The notes under the pieces are model-generated. The model made no database searches, had not been told where the DNA came from, and worked only from the letters and a program-made list of their open reading frames with translations. Position numbers and translations under genes: made by a program. A stretch of 60,295 bases of DNA, the filler included, from Dimargaris cristalligena (taxonomy: Eukaryota), in assembly GCA_003614675.1 (NCBI GenBank). It is 2 parts of 2 records of this genome, joined end to end, with 100 filler letters (N's around TTAATTAATTAA, not from the genome) between each part and the next. Parts side by side here need not be neighbours in the genome. Positions count along the whole stretch, not along the records: positions 1 to 30,109 come from ML002466.1; 1 more part is not named here. One strand, given 5' to 3'. Numbering within the stretch: the stretch's first letter is position 1; each line of letters begins with the position of its first letter. Below, piece after piece: positions 1-11,764 of the stretch.

Positions 1-88
1 TCAGCCATACAGTAAATAGCCCAAACCATTTCGGTGGGCCATGCTTTGTGGAGGATGATTGTCACTGGCTTTACACTAGTAGCCCAGG
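1..88 (+). repeat. Direct repeat copy 1 of an 88-nt segment (copy 2 at 7811-7898); may extend left of the window
   Basis: tcagccatacagtaaatagcccaaacc...ttacactagtagcccagg matches 7811-7898 at 87/88 positions, with one mismatch (t56 vs g7866). Confidence 0.95.
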
Positions 89-3000
89 ATGTCGTTGGAA
101 TCAGAATCGTCGTCGTCGTCATGATCGCTATCATCATCATCGTCATCGCTGTCATCGTCCTTCCTTTTATCGCCATCCGACACAACATAGTGTCCACTGG
201 TATGATTCCGACCGTGCTTCACCTCCCGTTTCGACCGGTGACCGGATCCCGGCACTATTTTAGTCGCCAAGGCCTGGACTACCTTGCCTTTACCCCGGAT
301 AATCGAGGGGTCGGTGGCGGCATGGGCCACCGCTCCAGGATGACTGGGCTTGGGTCGATGATGGGACAGACCCGCGTGATGGCTATGCCGCTGGGTTTGA
401 CCCGCTCCCCCGGGCAGTTTGCTGTTGCTCCCACTAGGCCCGGGACGGCCACCGCTGGTCCGTTTCGTTGCTCGACGACCCTTGGGCTTGTATTTGCCAA
501 GCCCGAACCCGTGGGCCATGACCATAAAGGCCTGATCGGGTGAGTATTTGCGCAGGTCTTTGGTGGCGGATCGGTATAAGCTATAGGCCTCATCGGAATG
601 GTCCGACTGGGACTTCCCCATCGCATGTTTACCGTGCTTATGAGAATCACTACCACCCGCTTCCTGGCCGTACCCGTGCTTATGATGCTTACTGCCCCAT
701 AGCCTCGAGAGGTGGTGTCCCGGTTTCAGCTCGGGTTCGGAAAGCGGGGACTCGACTTCGGGCCGGACCACTTTCGTGGTGGCAGTATCCTTGGTGGTGT
801 TCATCATCAAATCATTCACACTTGCACTGGTTGTTTTGGCCATATCGGTAGCCGCCGGGGGGAACGGGAATTTAGCGCTCGTGATGGTACTATCCAATGG
901 TGCGGTGTGAGGAGCAGCCGGATAGTCGTGCATATTAATGACTTGGGCGTCCTCGGGATGGACCATGTCCGGCTTGGACGAATTCGAGCCGTTCATCACC
1001 GATAGGGTCTTGGATGAACCGGGTTCTTGGTTATGTTCGACGTAACCCTTGAGATTCTTCTCATTGTTAATATTGGGATCGTCCGGCGGGTGTTCCAACT
1101 GTTGCTGTCGTTCGCGACGTTCCTGCCGACGGCGTTGCTTTTCTTTCCGCCGGGCATCCCTTTGCATTTGCTGAATGGTTTGGAATTCCTTACGCCGCCG
1201 CAACTTCATCGCCTGCCAGACCACCGTAAACTCACGACCGACGATAATGGAGGGCAGGGCAATCAAAAGAACACCAATCATTATCAGGGGGAAGGACATG
1301 ATTTTGCCCCACACGGTCTTGGGAGTTACATCACCGAACCCCGTGGTGGTGAGGGCCACCGATACGTACCATAAACAAGCGGGAATACTGTCAAAGCTGC
1401 TCGGATCGCCGAGTTTGTTAACGAAGTATTGCTTCTCAGGATCGTATTCACCGCGTTCAATGAAGTAGAGAATGGTGGCGAAAATGACGATGGTCAGAAT
1501 CATGAAAAAGAGTAAGGCGGCGAGGGCATCCATACTCCGGCGCATGGCAATTAACATCACTTCGACCGACAACTGGAGCAGCGAGGAATATTTGAAGACA
1601 CTGAACACGCGGAAGAGCCGGAAGACTCGAACGATGGTGAAACGGAATTCGTAGGTCCGGTCTCGGTCCACGCCCAGTTCGATGTAGTAGGGGATGATGG
1701 CTACCAGATCCACAATGGTCAGAAAGGAGAACAAATGGCGGGCGAGTTGCCGGCGGTTGTCAGTGTGGGCGATCAGACGCAGAATAAACTCTGCGGTAAA
1801 GATACCAACGATAACGGACTCGAGATTGAACCATAGGTTGGGGTTGGACACGAGGAGACTGGGGATCGTTTCGACGATGGTAATGATGGAACTGGCAATG
1901 ATCATGAAACACACGAACAGATTGATAGCGAACGCCCAGGTGCCTGACGAGGGATCTTCCATGAGCAGGAAGAGTTCCCGTCGCCACCAACTCTTCATCT
2001 GGGCAGCCTCATTATTTCGCATAATAGGGGCCAACGGGTTCAGTGCCGAAGGCAAAGGGTGGTGGTGGTGGCGTTCTATGGGCCGGGGCTGGCCGGAAGT
2101 ATCCCGGCCTTCTTCACCGGAGTCACGCTGTTGGTCCGTTACTGGACGACCCAGGGGATAGTTATCCACGGCCGACGGGTAGATGGTTGATCGACGCTCA
2201 GCCTCTGTTTCAGACTCGCTACTACTACTGCTGCTGCTACTGCTATTGCCGTCGCCCATGCCACTAGTACCGTTCCGGGGGCCCGAAGGGCCACCCCCGT
2301 GGTTCCGGCGCCGAAGTCCATCGACCCGCATTGGGCTAATGTCAAGCATGCGAGCAGTGGCCTCCGGATTGGCATCAATGGTGGGGAGGCCGAAAATAGG
2401 GTCATGCAGCAGACCCACATTCTCCACGGCCATTTCGAAGGGGTGCAGTGAGGGGCTCTCCCGATAGCGCGGGGGGCGTGGGTACTGCCTGTTGGAGCGG
2501 GACGATTTGCGATGCCGCGGTGCGTCCGGATAATGTTGATGATGCGGCAGCTGGGATTGGGATTGGGACTGGATAATGTCCCCCGCATCCCGGACAGTGG
2601 TCGGTCCGATGGGGCGGGCATCGGGAATGTTAATGGCCGTGGTAGAATACCGGCGCAGGGGTTCGTCCCGCGTGGACCCCGACCGGCCCCGCAGAGGGTG
2701 TTCCGATCCATCGGGCATGATACCGTCGGAAATGGTCAGAATGCCACCGTAGGGGTCTCGACCCCCCTTGCGACTGGGCCCCTGGTTGCCAAACCGACGA
2801 GCAATGTACGAAAAGGGGTTGCGGGTCGCACCGCTATTGCTGACGGAGGTGGCCGTGGTCGTGCGACGGTGATGGGGCTGGTAGTCGGGATCGATGACAT
2901 CAAAGGGGAGAAAGGTCAAGCCTTGGTTCTGGTCAGCTGTGGTGGAGCCTTCGGCGGCGAGAGAGGCGGAATGGGGCGGGACCAGGTGGACATCGGCGCC

Positions 3001-3510
3001 TCCTGTGGCCCGCTCCAGATCCAGGGAACCGGGCCGCGACTGATCGGACACGGAGTGGCGGGCGGGGTGGCCCAGCATGGGCACATCTTCGGCGGATTGG
3101 GCGGCGGGAAAGTAGCCGGAACTGGACCGATGGGGGGCCTGACCGGCCTTGGAAGAGTCCATCTTAACAATGGGAGCGGAATGGGCGGGCTCGGGGAACG
3201 TTACGGAGGGGAGTAGTGACGGCGGCAAAGCAGATGGTGGCGAAGTCGATGGACCGGTCTTGCTGAAAGTTCCGGATAGAGTCCGATGGCGGGGGGACAG
3301 TATGTGAGTGTGTGGCTGAGGATGGTGGTCGGCTGGAGTTGGCTGGGCGGCGGCAGTGGCCGATGGTTGTGGCTCATCGGGACTTACCGGCCAAGAGGGC
3401 CAGTCACTTCGGGAGGATTGGGAAGCGGGGTGGGGTGGCTCATCGGCGCCAATGGATGGGGAAGCGTGCTGAGGGGTCACCGGTGGCTGTCCATCGTGAG
3501 GGGGATGCAT
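76..3510 (-). CDS. Voltage-gated (Kv-like, 6TM) potassium channel, 1144 aa, intronless; C-terminus possibly truncated or chimeric
   Basis: Pre-S1 LFLLMEDPSS, hydrophobic S1-S3 segments (FTAEFILRL, TIVDLVAIIPYY), Arg-periodic S4 (FRFTIVRVFRLFRVFSVFK), pore helix and filter SIPACLWYVSVALTTTGFGD, S6 GVLLIALPSIIVG. Both termini are long and low-complexity. Confidence 0.93.
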   Translation of the reverse strand: MHPPHDGQPPVTPQHASPSIGADEPPHPASQSSRSDWPSWPVSPDEPQPSATAAAQPTPADHHPQPHTHILSPRHRTLSGTFSKTGPSTSPPSALPPSLLPSVTFPEPAHSAPIVKMDSSKAGQAPHRSSSGYFPAAQSAEDVPMLGHPARHSVSDQSRPGSLDLERATGGADVHLVPPHSASLAAEGSTTADQNQGLTFLPFDVIDPDYQPHHRRTTTATSVSNSGATRNPFSYIARRFGNQGPSRKGGRDPYGGILTISDGIMPDGSEHPLRGRSGSTRDEPLRRYSTTAINIPDARPIGPTTVRDAGDIIQSQSQSQLPHHQHYPDAPRHRKSSRSNRQYPRPPRYRESPSLHPFEMAVENVGLLHDPIFGLPTIDANPEATARMLDISPMRVDGLRRRNHGGGPSGPRNGTSGMGDGNSSSSSSSSSESETEAERRSTIYPSAVDNYPLGRPVTDQQRDSGEEGRDTSGQPRPIERHHHHPLPSALNPLAPIMRNNEAAQMKSWWRRELFLLMEDPSSGTWAFAINLFVCFMIIASSIITIVETIPSLLVSNPNLWFNLESVIVGIFTAEFILRLIAHTDNRRQLARHLFSFLTIVDLVAIIPYYIELGVDRDRTYEFRFTIVRVFRLFRVFSVFKYSSLLQLSVEVMLIAMRRSMDALAALLFFMILTIVIFATILYFIERGEYDPEKQYFVNKLGDPSSFDSIPACLWYVSVALTTTGFGDVTPKTVWGKIMSFPLIMIGVLLIALPSIIVGREFTVVWQAMKLRRRKEFQTIQQMQRDARRKEKQRRRQERRERQQQLEHPPDDPNINNEKNLKGYVEHNQEPGSSKTLSVMNGSNSSKPDMVHPEDAQVINMHDYPAAPHTAPLDSTITSAKFPFPPAATDMAKTTSASVNDLMMNTTKDTATTKVVRPEVESPLSEPELKPGHHLSRLWGSKHHKHGYGQEAGGSDSHKHGKHAMGKSQSDHSDEAYSLYRSATKDLRKYSPDQAFMVMAHGFGLGKYKPKGRRATKRTSGGRPGPSGSNSKLPGGAGQTQRHSHHAGLSHHRPKPSHPGAVAHAATDPSIIRGKGKVVQALATKIVPGSGHRSKREVKHGRNHTSGHYVVSDGDKRKDDDSDDDDDDSDHDDDDDSDSNDILGY

Positions 3511-6500
3511 TCGTGTATGGACAAAATGGTACTGAAATGTGGCACGCTACGGCCAGAGTGAAGGGTGTGTATGGGTTGGTGTTGTGGGGGCTGAGTGAGT
3601 TAGATTTGGCAATGGTCTCCCAGGCTCAGTGAGAAGTTCCAAAATAGGGAACAAAGCGCTGGGTCAATAGAATCCAGTTTGTTTAGACTGGAAAAAATAT
3701 ATAAATGTAAATAGCCCTGTAGTCAAGGGAGGAGGGAAAAGTACAAGGGCCAAAAGGAGGGAATTCGAACCACAAACTGCCAAAGTAACGAAAAGGCTAA
3801 TAAAGAGCTTCTAAAACGGAGCAAGGTGGCACAGGAAGCGTAGAGACAGGGCTAAAGTGACGCCAAAATGGGAGTCGCTGCTCACAAATAAGAGATATGG
3901 AGTGCTAGTGAGCGGGCGGCGAGGGAACTATATGTATAGGTGTGAAGAAGGCTGTAGAGAGAGTGACCTGGGTCGCTCTGGTTGCTCTACTGTAGATGTA
4001 AGGGGGAGAAAAGGACACAAGTCACAGGATAGGCCAGCAGAATATAGGCAATGGGGGGGATTACTGGATGGGTGGGTATGGTCTATAGGCTAGACCAAAC
4101 GAAATAATATTAAGGGGGAAAACCAGTACAGCACAGTTATGGCAAGCGCCAAGGCAATAGGAGAGCAGGGGAGGGATTTTATAATGCGATGGGAGGCACA
4201 ACTTTTGGTAAGGAATGGCGCAGGGACCCTCACTCAATGATGGAATCTCTCGATTTTCGGAAGCAGGGGGAGCGGGTGAAAAAAAGAATACACAGTGATG
4301 GAGAGGCTACGAACTGGGGATAAGGGGGGATGTACACCACACGTCTCCAGAATAGGCACCCCGTTCAAAACGACCCACAACTAGCAAATGTCAATGGAGT
4401 GAGTACCTCTAAAGGACATACACCAATACTCAGTTCCCCCTGGGTCGCCAAGAAGAACCCAAAAGAAGAGATCGGCGAGATTAGACACTGTTTTAAAAAC
4501 AGCAAGAGGAGCATCCGAAGATAACGAAATACGTAAGAGTGTCCTAATGGCACGGTAGGTATTTTTGTTAATAGTCCGCCGAATACAATAAGGCAGCAGC
4601 AGCGCACAGAGTGCCCGAGAACGGAATGACGGGAGGAGAGTGAGGGCAATGTGCCAAGCCAAATAGCAGTGGCCGGTTGGGGTGCGAGAACAGTAAAAAA
4701 TGTAGGGGATAAACAGACCCACTAAAGAAGGGGGGTTAGGAAATAATAGACAGGCCCTTGGTAGTGTTAGTCCGTGACCTTATCGCCAGCAACTGTGGTA
4801 GTAGTGGTATCTGGGATACAGAGCAGAGTGGGTTGATGAAGTTGCAAGTAGACGATAAAGAAGGATGTGGAGAGCGGGGGACACACTATACCAAAATCAA
4901 TGATAAATAGTTTGATCAAACCGACCAACTCACCAGCCTAAACCTCCGAATCGACTAGGTAGGTAAGTAACAAGAGAAAGCCCCCCATACCCGAGGCGCC
5001 CCCCTGGGCTTTTAAACCAAAGCTGGAGACCGCTTGCATTAACTTAGCCGATGCCCATTCACACTGTATAAATTAGTGCATTGGCTAAATTCCCCCCCTC
5101 CTAATAACCCTCTCTCCTCCCCGCCCCACTCTCTTCATATTCCATTTTACTACACATCTCTTACAGATAATGGCACAGGGCGGCTGCACGAATGGACGCA
5201 GCTGGTCGGTCACGACGAATGGCGGTGGTACAATGGCTGGGCGCTTTTCCGATAGTAGACCATTGGTGCTATAATACCCACCGTCCTCTACCGAGTGTAG
5301 GCGAGCGCGGTAGTTAGTTGGGGAGGACGCTAATAGTTTCAGCGGGGATATCAAATCGGGAGAAATGCCCGTTCATACTTGGCCCCAGTTGGACAAGCAT
5401 CGTCATTGGTCGCGTGCCCCAGTCGAGGGGGGAGGGGCTCCTATTAGAGCGTTGGTTTAGTGTCTGGCATGAGACCGGCTATCCGGACCAATCTGATGAA
5501 TAGTCTACCAACGCTAATCCTCTGGCCTTCTCCATCCCCATTATCCAAGGGGAGGAAGTGTCTAACTACCACACCACTCCCTGCACCCCCTTCTCCCCAA
5601 TATAAAAAAATACTCGGGTCAAAGCAAAAGGTTACAGGTACAGCTGCCTATGTGTAACGGTTACCCTGAATAGTCCTCTCTAATCACAGCTCGAGGATTG
5701 GAAGTTCCGAACCCCCCCTCTCATCCCATATCTCCACTGTTCACTACCAGGCCTTCATTTAACTCTGCATTCTTCTCGCCCCAATTTTCTTATATACACC
5801 TCCTCCCGCTCCCTCCCCAGTTCCTTTTCGTCTCCTGTGATCCCGAACGAGTGTGCCCTCTCCGCCCCACTCATTCGTGAGCATCACCCGCGCCATGGAG
5901 ATCACAGTATAGTCCCTTGGATTTCCGCCAGTTTTACTATCGGTGTTCCACACTGTCCCAGTCTTCTCAATAAAATAATCTTAGTCATATCTGCAGTCCA
6001 GATTAACAAATTTACCACTCGATCAGCCCAAATGCCCATTGTTGCAAAGCTATTTGGGTTTAGGTGCGCTTTCTATTATTTTTTAGTGTCGGCGATGGAT
6101 GCTTCAAGGATGTTCCGCCCCAATTGCAATAGGCTTACACCCGCCCTAGTGGATAGGATACACCACATCCTGCTTTTAGTCCGCTTAATTTGTATCCCCT
6201 CCACCCCCCAAAACAATGGCGCGCTAGAAGGTTGTATCTCGGTGCCCCCGTTCTCTGGGGCTCATGGGCTCGGCCAGCAGGGCAGCAAAAGGTTAGTCAA
6301 TTAATCCTAACACCAATGCGGAAATTCGGTAATGAACTCACAGAAAGCGGCCGCCAAGGCAAAGGCATCGGGTTCGGGTTCGGTGACATCCGATGATAGT
6401 GCGACCATGGTAGTTGCCATGTCCCATTTACACCACATCAGTCTGGGCGCATTGTCCATATCCCTTTCTCCCCCTCTCCCACCCCCTTCCTAATCCAGCC

Positions 6501-7810
6501 GCAACTTTCTTCTTCACACACGGTAGGCTCATACGTTTGATGTGAAACGGCCAGTTACACCACTTTCAAGTTAAAGCAGCCATCAAGAACCGTTCTGAAC
6601 ACAGAGGGTTTAAAAGACTATATTGGGTGTTGATGGGGGTTATACCACACACCTGAAAAATATCCGAACGTCTCCCATGCCATTTTCTGGTTCGGTACCG
6701 GTCGAATGCCGTAATTGCAACGGGCTACCAACAAAACAGCGGAGCCACCCATTCACGTGGTAGGGCGAATGGTGCGATCATGACCTCCCGACTGCCTCCC
6801 CCTGCCTTTTATTTTTGGGCCACTTCGAAATATATGGCATCCTAACTGCGCAGATAATCTGCACGCCATCCGATTCGTCCGAGGAAATTGGGGCAGTATT
6901 TCTTTGTCTCTCCCATTTCCGGAGTTTCCCCACTGCACATAATTACAAAAAACAATAATCTATAGACTGCCGCCCTGCCTTATTCCAGATAGATTATGGT
7001 ACTTCAAAAATAACGACCATGGCACATTTAATTATTGCTGGAAATAGAATCTCAATTTTTTTAGAAAAATGCCGTATTCAAAACTATGGAATGGCAGGGT
7101 CAGGGATGATGGTCATTCGCTTCCATCCCCTGCCTCACAGGTGTCATCGATAAATTATAGTCGGGGGAAGCGAAGGGATTGGCCCACTAGGGCCGGCCAA
7201 TCCCACGAAGCATTAGTAGCGGTGCTATCAGCTTAGGGGAATCGCGGCGATTGTTAAACTAGTGTTCGTCTTTTGAAGCCTGTCTAATTTCGGACTTAGC
7301 TCAAAGTATATTTTTTTCAACGAGCCGATCCAATCAATGCAGTACTCGATGGCACGAGTGTCCGAGTTCCACAGCCCTGATGAATTCCTCCCAATGCGTC
7401 ACCTTTATGATTCTTTAACTGTGTGAACGGGGATAACATAACCTATTCCGGAGTTCGATTTTGGGTGTTCATTATTGAAAGACCACCACCACCAGTAGTA
7501 ATAGCATGTGTAGGGTCCCTCTACTCAAGCTTACGTATTGGCGATCGAAGGCCAAAAACCAAAAGGGGCAGGTTGACTACTGCTGATTAAATTAGCCAAT
7601 CTTAGAATTGCGGATGTGCACGAAGGAGGGGGGGGGGCAAGAATGGGTTATCCCAAGTTGATATTTGTCCCCCCCTCAGCCGCGATTGTTAAATTGTTTA
7701 TCCCACTGAATGACACTGCCGGATACCCATCTAATTCTCGGAAGAAGTCGGGTTTCACTATCAACGGGACTATCGATGACCAACTCAGCCAGCCAATTCC
7801 TGGATTTGTA

Positions 7811-7898
7811 TCAGCCATACAGTAAATAGCCCAAACCATTTCGGTGGGCCATGCTTTGTGGAGGAGGATTGTCACTGGCTTTACACTAGTAGCCCAGG
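7811..7898 (+). repeat. Direct repeat copy 2 of the 88-nt segment at 1-88
   Basis: 87/88 identity to 1-88; the two copies diverge abruptly after ...agcccagg. Confidence 0.95.
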
Positions 7899-9358
7899 GG
7901 GATGGAGAGCAAGGAGTAATGCAATTGTATGGTCTGCATTATCCCCCCCTTTCCTCCTCCCCTGAAACCAGACATAAATACCAAATTGCGCAATTTGGGG
8001 GAAACTCGAATACTAGTTAGTTTAATGATTGTTACTTTATTGACCGGGTGGGCTTATTGTAGCATCAGGTTGCAGTAGAGCGGGGGCAGGGGTTGAACAC
8101 CTGTCAATTGTAGATGTGGGTGGTGGGGGAGGAAGCGGTGACGGGAGATCTTTTCGGGGTTTGTGCCATATGGCCAACTCTGGTTATTAGGTAAGGGGTG
8201 GTTATATTCAAGTGGCAGTTAACCTGATGCCCCTTTTCCCGCCATTCCTAAGGGAAACTTGCGACAGTTTACTGTGTTTAAGGATAGGGTCAGCTCGGAA
8301 GGGTTAATTTTGTAATGCCGGTTGGCTTAGTCGAAAAGTACGGCTAAATTTGTGATAGATTTTGGCCTTTTTTTTTTAGACTGGGAAATGAGTAATTGCC
8401 TGCCGTAGGAATATATGTCACGTGGGTCCTGATAATTGGTTGACATTAAATTGTATCCAAGGCCGCCTTCCACTCACCTCACCCAAGTATTTACCCCCCC
8501 CCCCCTACAGTACAATTGTGATAAAGGGGCCTCTGTAGCACGTACCAGTGCTATTGGCTTTGGTTAAACCTCGATAGTCCCAGGTCAGTAGGAATCGAGA
8601 TAATGGGAATAGCGGAGACTCCCTTGAATAAAGCAAACAAACTTGCCATACATGTTATTCGACATAGTGGAGATCCGGGTGATCCCTAGATAGAATATTT
8701 AAGTTGTCCATTTCCAGCTACTGCAGGTCGGCTGTGATGGAAAAATATGGACATTTGATAACCTCCAGTCAGGTTCCGGTGGCTGCCCGGCCGGTTTAAT
8801 GTGACTACTACAACAAAATCCCATAGAATGGGTGACTTGAATCTGCCAATTTGCTTCTCCAATTCATCGTTCTCGCCGTATCTCTGCCTAATCCGGTGGG
8901 ATATGTATCAGCGGTTCCCAGAATTTGTAATCCCCTAAAAGCATATCGCCATTCACCCGCATGCACTTTGATTTTTTAGAATGGTAGCAGCTGACTTGTA
9001 TTTAAGCGAGTAAAATTTCGTTGAGAACATTCGTCAGCATATTCAGGCATTAGTTACTCCGTGGTATGGGAATGGTAACATGGACGGGCCCAGGTAGCAG
9101 CCATTCTAATCAGCCCAATCTTATCCATGCCTCGCTCGAATTCGCCATTTTGTCTTTGGCCCAACATCCCGGTTTTCAATGGATACAACTAATCCCATAG
9201 TACCCGATGACTACATGGCTATTTCAAACTCGCCTAGCCATTCATTAATAGATCTTTTAGTAGTTGGCAAAAATGCAATGACGGGTTTCCCATACAAACT
9301 CAGTAAAAGCCTAACCTCACACGGCCAGACCCTCGCGGGCGCTTGAGGCTCAGTCACC

Positions 9359-11764
9359 TCAATTCGATACTACATGTTCCTCTCTCTTGACCTGTTTGGC
9401 GCTCAAATGGCTCTTCCGTTCCGAGCGTTTTTTGAAACGCGAGCCCTTGATCAGATTAGCCCCCAGAAACGTGAGGGCCATTAGGCTAAGCAATATCAAA
9501 AAGTAGGGCCGACTGGCCTCACACACTGCCAGTCGGGCCAGCTGCTGAGCGTACTTGGGGATGCGTTTAGAACAGCCGGGCCGCAAATGGTGCTGGCCTT
9601 CGGCATTATAATGGGTAAAGTGAGTGCATATATCATCGGTCCGGGGGCCCGCAATGGCCATGGTCTGCTGATGCCAAATGCGCCGGATGATCAGGGTATG
9701 GGTCATTAGGCCTAAAATCCCGCCCAGGGTGAGTGAAAAGTGGGTAAACATACCCGCTACCGAGCGGTGGCGGGAGGGAACGGCACTTTGGGCGGTGGCG
9801 TAATATGTCGGCAGGGTGGTACCCAGGCCCAGACCCACCAAGACGGAAAATTCGACAAAGGTGACGGGGGCGAGCCCATGCCGGGAATTTGCGCTGGGGT
9901 CGGGGTTGGAGAAAGACCCCCCGGTCTCCATGGCGGAATGCCTAATGGAGAGCAGACCAAGGCCCATTAGCAGACAGGCGCTGCCGAATATCAGGGGCAG
10001 CGCCCGGTAGCGCTTAAAGCGTAAAAAGAACCCCGTCAAGGCCGCGGAGGCCCCGGCGGCTAGCATAACGGGGCACATGCGTTGGAATGTCACAATCCAG
10101 GTGGTGGGTTGGCCATATTTGAGGTAACGGTGCAAATGGGCGGTCATACCATAGAGGACGGCTCCGGAAACGAGCATGCCGAACGAACTGAGTAACCAGT
10201 TACGGTTGTAGAAGAAGACCGAGGGCAGTAGAGCGGCCCGTTTACGACGGCGAATGAGCTCGGCCAGACAAATGCCCAGACACAGCGCAATGGCGAACAG
10301 CGTTATAATGGCCTGTAAGTCTCTCGCGAAATTACCTGCGGCCCAAACGATACCCAGGACCAACGACATCACCGCGCTTAGAAATAGCAGGGCACCCAAC
10401 CCGTCCATCCGCCGCCACTGGTGGGAAAATGAGTAGGGGGTACTCCAGGCCAGGCCGTTGCTCAACACCAGCCCGGCCAGCAACGCCCCCCAGATGATAA
10501 GGTTGAGCAAGGGCAGCCACTGCCAGCCCCGTTTATAAATGAGCACTTCGCCTAGTAAGGGGCCTACCAAAGCCGCCATCAGAAACCCGGACCACGTGCA
10601 ACCCAGCCATACGAAACCGCGGTGGATTTCGGGGTACTGGTCCTGTAGGGCCACAAACGTGGCCACCAAAATCCCAGCCGATCCGATGCCCTCCAGGGCC
10701 CGCGCGACGCAAAAGTGGGTCATGTGGGTGGCCAGGAGGCCCACGGTACTTCCCACTAATGCAATGGTAAACCCGAAATAGGCCACCAACGCCCGCCCGA
10801 AATGGTCCGACCATTGGCAAAAGAGCAGGGTGAACACGGCCTCCAACGTCAAAAAGAGGACAGTGGCCCAGGAGAGACTGCCGTTGTAGCGGCGGAAGGC
10901 AGGGTCAACTAGTAGGGGTTGGGCGGTCATGAAGGCCGTATGGTTGAACCCGACCCATGTGGTGGCTAAAATGAGTAAAATCAACGTAATGCGCTGGCGC
11001 AGGGGAATTTTCTCGGCTAAAGGGCCCGGTAGAGGTGATGCCAGTGGGGGAAGGGAGCGGCGGCGGGTTGACATGGAACGCGGTCGAGAGCTCGACCGGG
11101 GGAGCGAGAATCCTCGAGCGTCGGCCCAATCGGTGGAAGAAGTCCTGGGTATGCCCTGGGTCGAAGATAGGGGGTCCCGGGAACGAGTCCGAGTCCTAGT
11201 CCGAATCGGCGAGGGAGTTTGCTTTTCCGCCTGGGGGTTCGACACTGAATAAGACTGGGACTGGGAATGGTACTGGGAAGTCCGGTCGTAACCGTCGTTT
11301 CCATACACAGTGATATTGGATGGGGGTCGAGAGCCATTTCGACGGGAGGCGGACGACAGGGGGCGGCGTGAGGAAGGGTGGGCGAGATCCATATGGGAAG
11401 GTGGAGGAGGAGGGGCTCGCCGGGTGTAAAGGGCTGCCAAATCATCGGTTCCCGACCAGTGTCGGGATGAACCCGGGTTCAGTGCAGGAGGGGGTTGGCG
11501 GGGCGGTTGCGGGGATTCGGGGCCTAGCCTGAAAATTTCGGGAAGTCTAGAAGCCGACCTGGTGTGGTGGAGATCCTGGTTAGGATCAACAAAATTGGCC
11601 CTATTATGGGCGCGTATATTATTGTCATCGTCGCCTTCGTCACCATCACCGGCGTTGTCTTCGGATGACTCCGATACCACGCGAATACTATCAGCTGTGG
11701 TCGGAAATACGGGTATTTGGTATTTGCTATAGTCCGGCTCGTTGACCGGAACCATGGTAACCAA
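9359..11764 (-). CDS. MFS transporter, DHA2 (14-TMS drug:H+ antiporter)-like, 801 aa with a ~250 aa disordered N-terminus
   Basis: About 14 hydrophobic segments; motif A-like WSDHFGR, ARALEGIGSAG, LVGPLLG...GWQW and RMDGLGALLF, all typical of DHA2/Azr1/Sge1-type MFS proteins. Confidence 0.85.
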   Translation of the reverse strand: MVTMVPVNEPDYSKYQIPVFPTTADSIRVVSESSEDNAGDGDEGDDDNNIRAHNRANFVDPNQDLHHTRSASRLPEIFRLGPESPQPPRQPPPALNPGSSRHWSGTDDLAALYTRRAPPPPPSHMDLAHPSSRRPLSSASRRNGSRPPSNITVYGNDGYDRTSQYHSQSQSYSVSNPQAEKQTPSPIRTRTRTRSRDPLSSTQGIPRTSSTDWADARGFSLPRSSSRPRSMSTRRRSLPPLASPLPGPLAEKIPLRQRITLILLILATTWVGFNHTAFMTAQPLLVDPAFRRYNGSLSWATVLFLTLEAVFTLLFCQWSDHFGRALVAYFGFTIALVGSTVGLLATHMTHFCVARALEGIGSAGILVATFVALQDQYPEIHRGFVWLGCTWSGFLMAALVGPLLGEVLIYKRGWQWLPLLNLIIWGALLAGLVLSNGLAWSTPYSFSHQWRRMDGLGALLFLSAVMSLVLGIVWAAGNFARDLQAIITLFAIALCLGICLAELIRRRKRAALLPSVFFYNRNWLLSSFGMLVSGAVLYGMTAHLHRYLKYGQPTTWIVTFQRMCPVMLAAGASAALTGFFLRFKRYRALPLIFGSACLLMGLGLLSIRHSAMETGGSFSNPDPSANSRHGLAPVTFVEFSVLVGLGLGTTLPTYYATAQSAVPSRHRSVAGMFTHFSLTLGGILGLMTHTLIIRRIWHQQTMAIAGPRTDDICTHFTHYNAEGQHHLRPGCSKRIPKYAQQLARLAVCEASRPYFLILLSLMALTFLGANLIKGSRFKKRSERKSHLSAKQVKREEHVVSN

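Noticed and set aside
3750-3810. GGTTCGAAT T-loop-like motif (minus strand), and TAGCTCAGT near 37406, as possible tRNA genes
   Set aside because: No T-stem pairing or cloverleaf could be built at either site.
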